Shown here piece after piece: positions 1 to 7,685 of a stretch of 30,794 bases of DNA; the first letter of the stretch is position 1; each line of letters begins with the position of its first letter. The DNA comes from a virus. Its lineage: Duplodnaviria > Caudoviricetes. Both the position numbers and the translations under genes were made by a program. The stretch is taken from the IMG/VR virus record IMGVR_UViG_3300030392_001359, positions 1 to 30,794 of that record. The stretch is one strand, 5' to 3'. The notes below the pieces were generated by a model that saw only the letters and a program-made list of their open reading frames with translations, made no database searches and was not told the DNA's origin.

Positions 1-2
1 AC

Positions 3-566
3 CTTAAGCCGTTGGCGAGATACTTCGAGCCTCTCCAGCCGACGATGAAGTGTAGCTCCTGGCCGGAGCGCCGGACTACACCCGGCAGTCTCCATCGGAT
101 CGCGCAATGGGCTCAGACGCGCCGAGTATTCTGGACCAACGAACAGGTCCAAGACCTAATCCTCAACGGGTCACTCAGTGAGCGTGATGCGGACGTTGTC
201 AGAGCTAAGTTCCGCGATATCCCAACCAGCCCGGCTCTTGACTGGGCGAGGGACTCAACTCCCACCGAAGTCAGCGCAGGCATCCTCTATTATCTAACCG
301 CGTCCGACAAAGCCACGAGTCAGCGTCTCCAAGAGATTTTAGCGAAGCGAGCCGCTGAAGATGAGACAGGTGAGATGGCGCTGGTGTTAGATGCGTTCTA
401 TGGGAGCCGGAAACCGATAAGTCCGCTCGCGGCGTTAGAGCCGCATGACGGAGAAAGCAAGCTAGAGCGCGACCAGCGACTCAAGACGGGAAGTAAGTTC
501 TTGCTGAAGAAGTACCAAACGGCCAGCCGCAAGGCGGCCAAAGAGAGGGCGAAGAGCAATGACTAA
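3..566 (+). CDS. 5'-truncated protein, possibly the C-terminal part of a MoxR-like AAA+ ATPase
   Basis: Frame is open from the window edge (LKPLARYF...). RTTPGSLHRIAQW loosely resembles the TPRSW motif of phage MoxR-type ATPases, and the gene overlaps the start of a peptidase-vWA gene, the usual partner. Walker motifs are not in the window. Confidence 0.45.
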   Translation, partial: LKPLARYFEPLQPTMKCSSWPERRTTPGSLHRIAQWAQTRRVFWTNEQVQDLILNGSLSERDADVVRAKFRDIPTSPALDWARDSTPTEVSAGILYYLTASDKATSQRLQEILAKRAAEDETGEMALVLDAFYGSRKPISPLAALEPHDGESKLERDQRLKTGSKFLLKKYQTASRKAAKERAKSND

Positions 567-1962
567 AGAAGTGCGATTGAGGCCGTTGAGCCACGGGACA
601 GCGGCATTCGTAGCGAAGATCGACGTTGTCCGAGTCACGCCCGGGATAAACACCGTGGCGTGTGCGGTCGTTGACGGACAGGTCGTATTCTTAGCCGGGA
701 ATGCGTATACCAACATCCCGATTTATGCAGACGACGATCCAAGACAAGAGCAAGCTGATAGGGATCGTGAGCTGCTGCTGAAGCATGAAGCCACCCACCT
801 GGCCCTACAGCACATTGAACGAGCTGGTGAGCGGGACCACGCTAAGTTCAATGCAGTGTGCGATGCAGCCATCCACTACCACTGGACCCCGGAAATGATA
901 GCGAGGATCGACAAGCTGATAGACGCGGCCGTATGCACATACGCCAGAATGAATCTAGACCCGCTCCCACCTGAGCTGGCCTACGCGCAGCTATGCGAGG
1001 ACGGCTGTGATTTTGAGCCGCCACCTGGCGACTCACCTCAACCACCGGGCGACGGGGACGGGGGTATCAGGGTCAACCCCGGGACCGGTAGTGAGCATGG
1101 CGACGGGTCAGAGCCTACTGAGCCCGGAGAGCCGCTACCAACTGAGCCCAGCAAGCCTGCCGAGCCCAACGACAATCTCTCTACCTGTGGGCGACCGACA
1201 CAGGAGGAATTACAAGAGGCGTACGGGGAAGAGCCGTCCGGCTCTGACTTAGTGCAAGACGCGGAAAATGGGAGCAAGGCCGACCAGCTACAAAAAGCGG
1301 TGATTGACGGGCTCCAGCAGGATCAAGCAGAGGGAGACGCGACTATCCCTGAGCTAGAAAATCGAGGGTGCGACCACGGTGGGGCCGAGGGCACGGGATT
1401 AGGCCGAAGCGAAAAGGCCGAAGGTGAGGTTCCAGCGTGGGTCGGCGAGTTGCTCGACAGGCTCGAAACAGCCTGTGCAAAAACCGAACGTGGCCATAGC
1501 TGGAAACGCGAACATCGCGAGGTCGATATGCTTCCAGGCCGCATGCGAACCCACGGCATGAAGGCGACGATCATGATCGACGCCAGTGGCTCAATTGACA
1601 GTAAAGCCATGCGGCAGATGCTAGCAGGATTGGCGAGTTCGCAGTTTGGCGACAGCGACGTCTATACGTTCGACACGCATGCCTATGGCCCCTGGCTCGC
1701 GTCGGATATCAAAGGGATTGAGGGCGGCGTGGCTAAGTGCGGCGGGGGCACGCGGATTGCAGGGAGCTGGGACCAAATCAAAGACCAGACCGATCCAACA
1801 GCTCCAAGAGTCTTCTTCAGTGATGCCCAAGACTGGGACGGGCCAAGCGCCCTACCGAAAGATGAAACCGGAACGGATCTGTGGGTCTACTGTAATTGGC
1901 GGTCGGCTATTTCAATCGAGGACACAAAGTCACTCTACAAGCGAATTGGGAGGCAGGATTAA
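559..1962 (+). CDS. HExxH metallopeptidase + vWA domain protein (DUF2201-like)
   Basis: LLKHEATHLALQH zincin motif followed by FNAVCDAAI; acidic Pro/Gly linker; C-terminal vWA with MIDAS IMIDASGSI, GGGT and FFSD motifs. Confidence 0.85.
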   Translation: MTKEVRLRPLSHGTAAFVAKIDVVRVTPGINTVACAVVDGQVVFLAGNAYTNIPIYADDDPRQEQADRDRELLLKHEATHLALQHIERAGERDHAKFNAVCDAAIHYHWTPEMIARIDKLIDAAVCTYARMNLDPLPPELAYAQLCEDGCDFEPPPGDSPQPPGDGDGGIRVNPGTGSEHGDGSEPTEPGEPLPTEPSKPAEPNDNLSTCGRPTQEELQEAYGEEPSGSDLVQDAENGSKADQLQKAVIDGLQQDQAEGDATIPELENRGCDHGGAEGTGLGRSEKAEGEVPAWVGELLDRLETACAKTERGHSWKREHREVDMLPGRMRTHGMKATIMIDASGSIDSKAMRQMLAGLASSQFGDSDVYTFDTHAYGPWLASDIKGIEGGVAKCGGGTRIAGSWDQIKDQTDPTAPRVFFSDAQDWDGPSALPKDETGTDLWVYCNWRSAISIEDTKSLYKRIGRQD

Positions 1963-2741
1963 TGCCGCGACATGACGCGACCGAGTACGAGCAGAACTAC
2001 AGGCATGTACGTGAACCGTGGTATCAGCAAAAATGGCCATCCTCAGTCAAGCTCCCTGACAGGGCAAGCTGGCACCAGACCAAGCCGCCAGTGCCAGCAG
2101 ATGCGTGCAAGCACTGGTGTCAAAGAGTGCTAACAGAACGGATGATTACAGGCGAACGGGCAGCAGATCCGGCCACGAGTACAGCAGCCTGCGCTGACTG
2201 GGACCACAGAGAAATCTGCTGTCGCTGTCGATTTGCTCAGTCATGGTTCAGGCTCAACATGTACGACTATAGATTCAAAATCTGGCTCCCAGACGGGACG
2301 TTGGCCGCCGAACCCGAGACAGCAACAGCCTATGGTTCTGCCTACACCGCACGGCACCAGCGTGGCCGGAACAGCGCATTTATCAAAACGTGGGCCGCGC
2401 ACGGGACAGTGCCTGACGTGCACCCCTGTCACATCGGCTGGCATGCGGGGCTCCGACGTGCAACGTTCCGCGAAGCGGCGTGGGGCCAGTCGGCCAGACT
2501 CGGTCTGGACTCGTTTGGCGTGACCGCTGGTCCCTCTAGCACTTCCTCTGCCCTATGTCCGGCCTGTCGATCTATCTTGCCGACCATCCCTCCTCACCTG
2601 TTCTGGGAGGCGCGTGGCTGGGGTCATACCCAAGCTGTGAAAGTCTCCGAGTGGGAAGCTGACCGTTGGGTTCCTGGCAAGACTAAAGATCGCGTCGACC
2701 TGACGGTCCTCAATGTGCTGGAGCACCTCCCGTGGCACTGA
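1962..2741 (+). CDS. Hypothetical Cys/His/Trp-rich protein (259 aa), possibly Zn-binding
   Basis: ATG at 1962 overlaps the upstream TAA (TAATG); CKHWC, CCRC and CPAC motifs. Confidence 0.65.
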   Translation: MPRHDATEYEQNYRHVREPWYQQKWPSSVKLPDRASWHQTKPPVPADACKHWCQRVLTERMITGERAADPATSTAACADWDHREICCRCRFAQSWFRLNMYDYRFKIWLPDGTLAAEPETATAYGSAYTARHQRGRNSAFIKTWAAHGTVPDVHPCHIGWHAGLRRATFREAAWGQSARLGLDSFGVTAGPSSTSSALCPACRSILPTIPPHLFWEARGWGHTQAVKVSEWEADRWVPGKTKDRVDLTVLNVLEHLPWH

Positions 2742-2762
2742 GCCACGGGTCGTCGGGCCGCG

Positions 2763-2864
2763 CAGGTGACCAGGTGACCAGGTGCGCCGCAGGCGACCAG
2801 GACCAGGAGCCGAAAGGGAGCCGAAAGTGCGAGCCGAGCCGAGCGGATCTGACGAGCCGAGCCG
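2763..2864. repeat. Short tandem and dispersed repeats (CAGGTGAC, GAGCCGAAAG, GAGCC)
   Basis: CAGGTGAC at 2763 and 2771 plus CAGGTG at 2779; GAGCCGAAAG at 2807 and 2818; GAGCC runs at 2831-2844 and 2854-2864. Confidence 0.8.
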
Positions 2865-2903
2865 CACATCTCTACAGGTTGACTCCTGAACATGGTGTGA
2901 TTC

Positions 2904-3118
2904 GTGAGATTTCGCCACAAAACCCCACCTAAGTCGTACTAGAAACGAGCGTTACCTAAGTCTCAACCCAGTGAGACAAGTGTGCCAAACGAGACGCGCC
3001 GTCTCAATGAGACAAGAAAAAGGGGGGTTTTCGAGGGGGGTGAGATTTTCGTAAGTCTCACGTACACAGACATATATATTTACTATTAGGAGATAGTCTC
3101 ATAAACATATATATTAAC
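2904..3118. promoter_or_regulatory. Iteron-like TGAGAC/GTCTCA cluster with AT-rich element; putative replication origin or control region
   Basis: About 10 copies of (T)GAGA(C/T) in both orientations; palindrome GTCTCA-A-TGAGAC at 3001-3013; ACATATATATT at 3070 and 3105; two G6 runs. Lies in the longest gap without a credible gene. Confidence 0.6.
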
Positions 3119-3151
3119 CCGACAGACTGACCACAAAAAGAGAGGATATTG

Positions 3152-3373
3152 ATGGTCATCAATCACGTAATGCGTCTAGACCTATCTGAGCAGGAGCGGC
3201 GGGTGTGTGCAGCCTACCTTGGGCATGATCGGCCAGCTACACGCAGCGAAATCAAAGAGATGTTGAATGCGTTCGGGGCGTACAAGAATACGCAGTGGAT
3301 CGATGTACTGGAACAAGGGGAAGCCCAACTGAAAAAATGGGCACGCATCTACGGTGTCGACCGCGACATATAA
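3152..3373 (+). CDS. Small hypothetical protein
   Basis: AGAGGA RBS before the ATG; first gene after the non-coding region. Confidence 0.65.
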   Translation: MVINHVMRLDLSEQERRVCAAYLGHDRPATRSEIKEMLNAFGAYKNTQWIDVLEQGEAQLKKWARIYGVDRDI

Positions 3374-3392
3374 GTAGAATGGAGGGGAAAGT

Positions 3393-3788
3393 ATGAGCGA
3401 CGAGAAACAAGGCCGAGGACGACCACCCAAAGACCCGTTGCTGTCCGGCTACGGGGAGACCAAACTCCTGAGCGTCAAGGTGCCTGCCGCCCAGTATGAC
3501 AAGATACTCTTCTATATTCAGCAACGCTTCGAGGAAGAAGGGCTCCATCTCGGGGTCAGCGATGTAGTGCGCTTTGCGCTGGTGAAGCTGGGCATCAACG
3601 GGATTGCTGAGGGGAAGAACGCCGTGAACGACGCGGCGGCTGCCGAGTCGATCCCCCTCTGTGTCGAGGATATCCTGGCAGCAGCAGACGAGGCACTCCT
3701 CGCGTCACCTAAGCAGCACCCGGCAGAGCCTGTGCAGTCGATCTTACGTTCACCGTCATGGAGTCCCCCAGCCCTGGAGGTCGAATGA
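3393..3788 (+). CDS. DNA-binding regulator: AT-hook-like GRGRPPK plus ribbon-helix-helix domain
   Basis: GGAGGGG RBS; LLSVKVP beta strand, then a helix, then VSDVVRFAL, the RHH/CopG pattern. Confidence 0.65.
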   Translation: MSDEKQGRGRPPKDPLLSGYGETKLLSVKVPAAQYDKILFYIQQRFEEEGLHLGVSDVVRFALVKLGINGIAEGKNAVNDAAAAESIPLCVEDILAAADEALLASPKQHPAEPVQSILRSPSWSPPALEVE

Positions 3789-3922
3789 CACTCCGCACCT
3801 ACAAACGCCAGTGGGAATTGACGCACCAGTATCAAGCCGAGGCGGATGCCGAGCGCGGCCAGCAACGCTTCAAGGAGATTGGCATGGAGGCACAACGCCG
3901 AGCCGAGGAGGAGACATGTTAG
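3785..3922 (+). CDS. 45-aa hypothetical protein (MTLRTYKRQWELTHQYQAEADAERGQQRFKEIGMEAQRRAEEETC)
   Basis: GGAGG at 3776-3780; ATGA overlap with the upstream stop; fills the gap to the next gene; below the ORF-track length cutoff. Confidence 0.6.
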   Translation: MTLRTYKRQWELTHQYQAEADAERGQQRFKEIGMEAQRRAEEETC

Positions 3923-4239
3923 TGTTCACAGGCGTACGCGGTCCAGTCAAGTTGGGCTACCTCGAAACCGAGATGGTCACGGTGTTGCAGCGCGTAGCGG
4001 TGTGGTCGGCACGGCAGAAGCTCGACGTGGCCGTGACGAGCGGCAATGACCACACCCACTCCGAGCGTTCCCTGCACTACGAGAACCTCGCCCTGGATTT
4101 CCAGATCATGCCCAAGACCCACGCCCACACGCCCCTCACCAACTATTTACGCGGCGAGTTAGGGCTAGGGTATGATGTGGTGCTGGAAAAAAGCCGACGC
4201 GGCACCGAGCATGTGCATGTCGAATGGGATATCCGCTGA
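3916..4239 (+). CDS. Peptidase M15 / Hedgehog-DD-peptidase fold protein, putative endolysin (107 aa)
   Basis: GAGGAGG RBS before ATG 3916; VTSGND..H...SLHY...ALD and C-terminal HVHVE match the SxHxxxxAxD / HxH Zn-peptidase pattern. Confidence 0.78.
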   Translation: MLVFTGVRGPVKLGYLETEMVTVLQRVAVWSARQKLDVAVTSGNDHTHSERSLHYENLALDFQIMPKTHAHTPLTNYLRGELGLGYDVVLEKSRRGTEHVHVEWDIR

Positions 4240-4496
4240 TGACCTTCACCAAAACGCGGCCCCTGCTTACCCATGAGGCCCTGGACGAAGGGGAAGTGCG
4301 CGAGACCGTCGAGTTGAGCCAACACATCAAGGGACTAGCCGAGAAGCTAGAGGTGACGGAATTTCAGTTGATGGTCGCTTCCGTCTCGGTGGTGATGGAG
4401 ATGGTCAACAGGCAAGCCGACCCTTCCGAGCGGGGAGCCATGGTGCAGGAAGTGTTTGAACACATGTGGGAAGCCGCTGGGCTATTGCGGGACTAG
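4239..4496 (+). CDS. Hypothetical helical protein (85 aa)
   Basis: TGATG overlap with the endolysin stop; acidic, helical-looking sequence. Confidence 0.65.
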   Translation: MTFTKTRPLLTHEALDEGEVRETVELSQHIKGLAEKLEVTEFQLMVASVSVVMEMVNRQADPSERGAMVQEVFEHMWEAAGLLRD

Positions 4497-4505
4497 GAGG
4501 TCCAA

Positions 4506-4673
4506 ATGAAAGCATGGTGGAAAAGTAAGACGTTCTGGATCAACATCGCAAGTTTGGGCGTAGCCTCGGCGATGGAGGAACCCAACGGTGCAACGATGGC
4601 ACAAATCCTGGCCGTCGCTAATCTCATCCTGAGATTTTTTACGTCTCAACCCGTCGGGGCGCGAGACGATTAG
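4506..4673 (+). CDS. 55-aa membrane protein, holin-like (MKAWWKSKTFWINIASLGVASAMEEPNGATMAQILAVANLILRFFTSQPVGARDD)
   Basis: GGAGG at 4496-4500; KxWxxSKTxWxN...NxxLRxxTxxP pattern common in small phage membrane proteins; two hydrophobic segments; close to the endolysin. Confidence 0.65.
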   Translation: MKAWWKSKTFWINIASLGVASAMEEPNGATMAQILAVANLILRFFTSQPVGARDD

Positions 4674-5587
4674 TGTAACGTGGAGGCGGGCCGGGAATAA
4701 CTCCCCCGGCTCTCCTTCGCCAGCAGTCCTGCCTCCACCAATTTCTCCAGATGCCGGTAGACCGTCGCCCGACTCGCCACGCCATCGAGCGCGGTGAGCA
4801 GGGTCGGCGTGGTGACAGACGACCCATCCGGGATGGTCTGGTAAATCGCGAGCCCCACCACCCCACCTGCTTGCAAGGCCCGATCGGCGTCGGGTCCCAT
4901 CGGGGTGAACAGCCCCTTGGGGTCACGACTCAGCCAGTGGGTTTCGGGTGCGGCGATATGACTCACGATATCTAATCGTGCAGCGGGGGTGAGGTTCCCG
5001 GACTGGGCTACTTCGTCGGGGGAGGTGAGGGCCAGTTGGGTTGAGGTGAAGGCGCTGAGGGCCGAGCTGCCGGAGATACGGTCCTGGGGGCGGAGGAACT
5101 GGAAGTCTGAACGGGCTTTTGTGGTGTGGTGGGTGCCCAGGATGGTGTAGCCACGGTCCTGGCAATGCCGATTCAGGCGGATGAGTTGTGGAGCCACGAG
5201 GTGGTAACGATTGAGGTCCACTCCCAGGAAGATAATCAACGGGTCAATAATAAACAGCGGGCCCTGCAGCCGATCTAATAACCGAAATAATAAACTCAAG
5301 GCGTCGAACTGGAACATCTTGATATCGACGTCTGGGTTGTCGATGAGGGAGGCGTGTGATATGGTCGTCATGTCGATACCCACATCACCGGCTCGATGGT
5401 ACAACGAGTTAATCGAGCGGTCACCAGCGAGGTAAGACACCCCATCGGGAGGGGGCGGGACGTCGAGAAACGACTCTCCCCGAGACCATGCATGCAGTAT
5501 CTGGAGCAGGAGCGTCGATTTCCCGGACCCGGAGGCCCCGGCCAAGACGCTGACTTCTTTCGAGGGGAGGAACTGGCTGAAGTGCAT
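4670..5587 (-). CDS. RepA(RSF1010)/AAA_25-type helicase with C-terminal winged HTH
   Basis: Walker A GASGSGKST, Walker B FIIDPL, LGTHHTTK and ISGSSALS family motifs; C-terminal SRATVYRHLEKLVEAGLL wHTH. Start is either ATG 5587 or TTG 5611. Confidence 0.85.
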   Translation of the reverse strand: MHFSQFLPSKEVSVLAGASGSGKSTLLLQILHAWSRGESFLDVPPPPDGVSYLAGDRSINSLYHRAGDVGIDMTTISHASLIDNPDVDIKMFQFDALSLLFRLLDRLQGPLFIIDPLIIFLGVDLNRYHLVAPQLIRLNRHCQDRGYTILGTHHTTKARSDFQFLRPQDRISGSSALSAFTSTQLALTSPDEVAQSGNLTPAARLDIVSHIAAPETHWLSRDPKGLFTPMGPDADRALQAGGVVGLAIYQTIPDGSSVTTPTLLTALDGVASRATVYRHLEKLVEAGLLAKESRGSYSRPASTLH

Positions 5588-5624
5588 GAGGGATATCTTA
5601 GCATGAGACAAGAGGGAGACAAGT

Positions 5625-6674
5625 ATGGGAAAGCTGATTGTGGTGGATCGGACGCGGATTGAGGCCGACTGGACCTGTCCGCGCCGACGGTACTGGCTGA
5701 CGGAGTTTCAGGGCACGGGGGTAGTGCCGGCCATCCAGGCCCCGGCCTTGCGGTTTGGGATTCTGGTGCATGAGGGGTTGGAGGTGCTGACACGCACCGA
5801 CGACCGGGCGGCGGCGCTGGGGCATATGGCCGCGCAGGAAGAATGGGCCAGTTCCAGTTTGCAGGAGCAACTGCTCGCCGAGGCATTGGTGACGGGATTC
5901 GCGCTGACCATCTGGCCCACCTGGGTAGAACGGTTTGAGCGGGTGGGCATCGAGCAGGAACTCCAGATGGAACATGAGGGGGTGCTGTATATGGTGCGCC
6001 CGGATGTGTTGCTGCGGGACCGCAAGACCCGTGACCTCTGGTATCCCGATTTCAAGACCTTCGGGGGCTACTGGCAGAACCGCAAGTGGATGCACGCCCT
6101 CCAGCAGCAGTTGACGGTGCTGGCGATTGAACAGGCCGTGGGTGAAGCCGTGGCCGGGGCATGGGTGCAGGGGTTGAAGAAAGGCACCACCCGGAATGGG
6201 CAGTTGTATCACCCGTTGGTGTATGCCTACCGAAAAATGGGGTCACCGGGTCTCTATCCCGACCAGTATAGTCATCGACGCAAGACGGGGTTCGAACGCT
6301 TCCCGACCATCGAGTATGCCAATCCCGCCGGACCCACGGGCATTGCCGCCTGGATTGCACATCTCTTGCGGGAAGAGGCACAGGTGGTGCAGGATTGCTT
6401 CCCCGTTACCCAGCCCATCTTCCTCAACCGGCAGATGATGGCAGATTTCCTGGCCCAACGCACGACACGGGAACGGGAGATTGCTGCTGCAACGGACCTC
6501 ACCCCCTTCCCACAGACCTTCTCGGCCTGTGAACCTCAGTATGGCACCTGCCCCTACCTGCAATGTTGCTGGGAACCCCGCACGGGCACCGATCCCCAGG
6601 CGTCGGGCCTCTATGTGACACGTATTCCTCACCATGAAGCTGAAGTGCAGATTCGGGAGGTGCAGCGTGGCTGA
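5625..6674 (+). CDS. PD-(D/E)xK Cas4/RecB-like exonuclease
   Basis: N-terminal CPRRRYW and FGILVHEGLE, then EQEL..RPDVL..DFKT..Q, and a C-terminal Cys cluster (C-x6-CPYLQCC). Confidence 0.85.
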   Translation: MGKLIVVDRTRIEADWTCPRRRYWLTEFQGTGVVPAIQAPALRFGILVHEGLEVLTRTDDRAAALGHMAAQEEWASSSLQEQLLAEALVTGFALTIWPTWVERFERVGIEQELQMEHEGVLYMVRPDVLLRDRKTRDLWYPDFKTFGGYWQNRKWMHALQQQLTVLAIEQAVGEAVAGAWVQGLKKGTTRNGQLYHPLVYAYRKMGSPGLYPDQYSHRRKTGFERFPTIEYANPAGPTGIAAWIAHLLREEAQVVQDCFPVTQPIFLNRQMMADFLAQRTTREREIAAATDLTPFPQTFSACEPQYGTCPYLQCCWEPRTGTDPQASGLYVTRIPHHEAEVQIREVQRG

Positions 6675-6768
6675 TATGCACGAACCTGCTGGACCCACGA
6701 CGTTTGTCTTGATCTTCGTCTATGCCGCCCTCTTGCTTTATACGGTCGGTGCGTCTATACTCGGCTAA
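6667..6768 (+). CDS. 33-aa single-transmembrane peptide
   Basis: GGAGGTG RBS, GTG start overlapping the nuclease end; FVLIFVYAALLLYTVGASILG is hydrophobic. Confidence 0.45.
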   Translation: MADMHEPAGPTTFVLIFVYAALLLYTVGASILG

Positions 6769-6783
6769 TTCCTGGAGAGGATT

Positions 6784-7668
6784 GTGACAGACAAAACACT
6801 ACAATTAGCACCAGATCTGAGCCTATTGCTCTATGGAGACACTGGCCACGGCAAATCGACCCTGATTGCCGAACTGGCTACCCACCTCAAGGTCACCACC
6901 GGCAAGAAAACCGCCGTCTTCTTGGCTGACAAAGGCTCGGCCAAGCCCTATCGCCCACTCCAGAAGCATGGGGTGGTCGATGTCTACACTCCCCAGGGCA
7001 ATGCGTGGTTATGGGTCAACCATGCGCTGCAAGGGGAAGTCCGCACCGATCATACCAAGGCCGTCTATACAAGCGTGGCCACCCCGGAAGTGGGGATGAT
7101 TGTCCACGAAGGGCTGACCGCCTACGCGGAAATCCTGATGTCTGAACTGGCGGCGATGTCCGCGCAGGGGCAGGATGTTGGCGGGGGTGGGGCCTGGAAC
7201 GTCACCATCCGGGAGGGCAAAGACCTCCTCAAGCTCGGCACCTCCAATCGCGCCCATTACGGCGTGGTGCAGTTGCAGATTCGGGAGGGCGTCCTCGCTG
7301 AGAAACCCGCCGTCCCCCATCTCTACACCGCTGGCGTGCGCCGGGGGGAGAGTGCCCAGAACACCCCCATCCTGGGACCGTTGGTGATTGGGGAAGCCCT
7401 GACCTCGCAACTCCCCCGGTGGGTGGACTACACCTTCCGGTGCGCCCTCAGTAACGGCAAGTATCATCTCCATCTGGCACCGCACACCGACCAGCAACTC
7501 GGGCCCCGTACCGTGGTGCTGTCCAATCCTCGGCTGCCCAAAGCCGGGGCGTCCGTGGTGGTGCCACCTTCCGTCGAACCCGCCAATCTCGTCAAGGCCC
7601 TCTCCTTGATCCAGGCGCGGGAAGACGCCGCAGACGTCGAACTCAGTCGGAAACTCGGTAACGCATAA
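6784..7668 (+). CDS. AAA_24 / Sak4-like ATPase (putative ssDNA annealing protein)
   Basis: LLLYGDTGHGKST at the N-terminus; downstream GP...G...LPRWVDY pattern; lies next to a Cas4-like nuclease. Confidence 0.75.
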   Translation: MTDKTLQLAPDLSLLLYGDTGHGKSTLIAELATHLKVTTGKKTAVFLADKGSAKPYRPLQKHGVVDVYTPQGNAWLWVNHALQGEVRTDHTKAVYTSVATPEVGMIVHEGLTAYAEILMSELAAMSAQGQDVGGGGAWNVTIREGKDLLKLGTSNRAHYGVVQLQIREGVLAEKPAVPHLYTAGVRRGESAQNTPILGPLVIGEALTSQLPRWVDYTFRCALSNGKYHLHLAPHTDQQLGPRTVVLSNPRLPKAGASVVVPPSVEPANLVKALSLIQAREDAADVELSRKLGNA

Positions 7669-7685
7669 ACAGAGGAGAAGTAAGT

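Noticed and set aside
2732-2932. 66-aa ORF across the repeat patch
   Set aside because: Low complexity, no clear RBS, and explained by the repeats.
2930-2954. Imperfect palindrome TAAGTCGT...ACGAGCGTTA as a dif/att-like site
   Set aside because: The symmetry is too degenerate to support a call without a genome-wide comparison.
2750-3120. Possible CRISPR or mini-array
   Set aside because: Repeats are only 5-11 bp, occur in mixed orientation and lack regular unique spacers.
3393-3788. Terminase small subunit
   Set aside because: No large terminase follows, and the sequence fits an RHH regulator better.
3661-3915. N-terminal extension of the M15 peptidase ORF
   Set aside because: It overlaps two better-supported genes, and a strong RBS precedes ATG 3916.
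5625-6674. Cas4 as evidence of a CRISPR-Cas locus
   Set aside because: No cas1, cas2 or array nearby; the context is a phage recombination/replication module.
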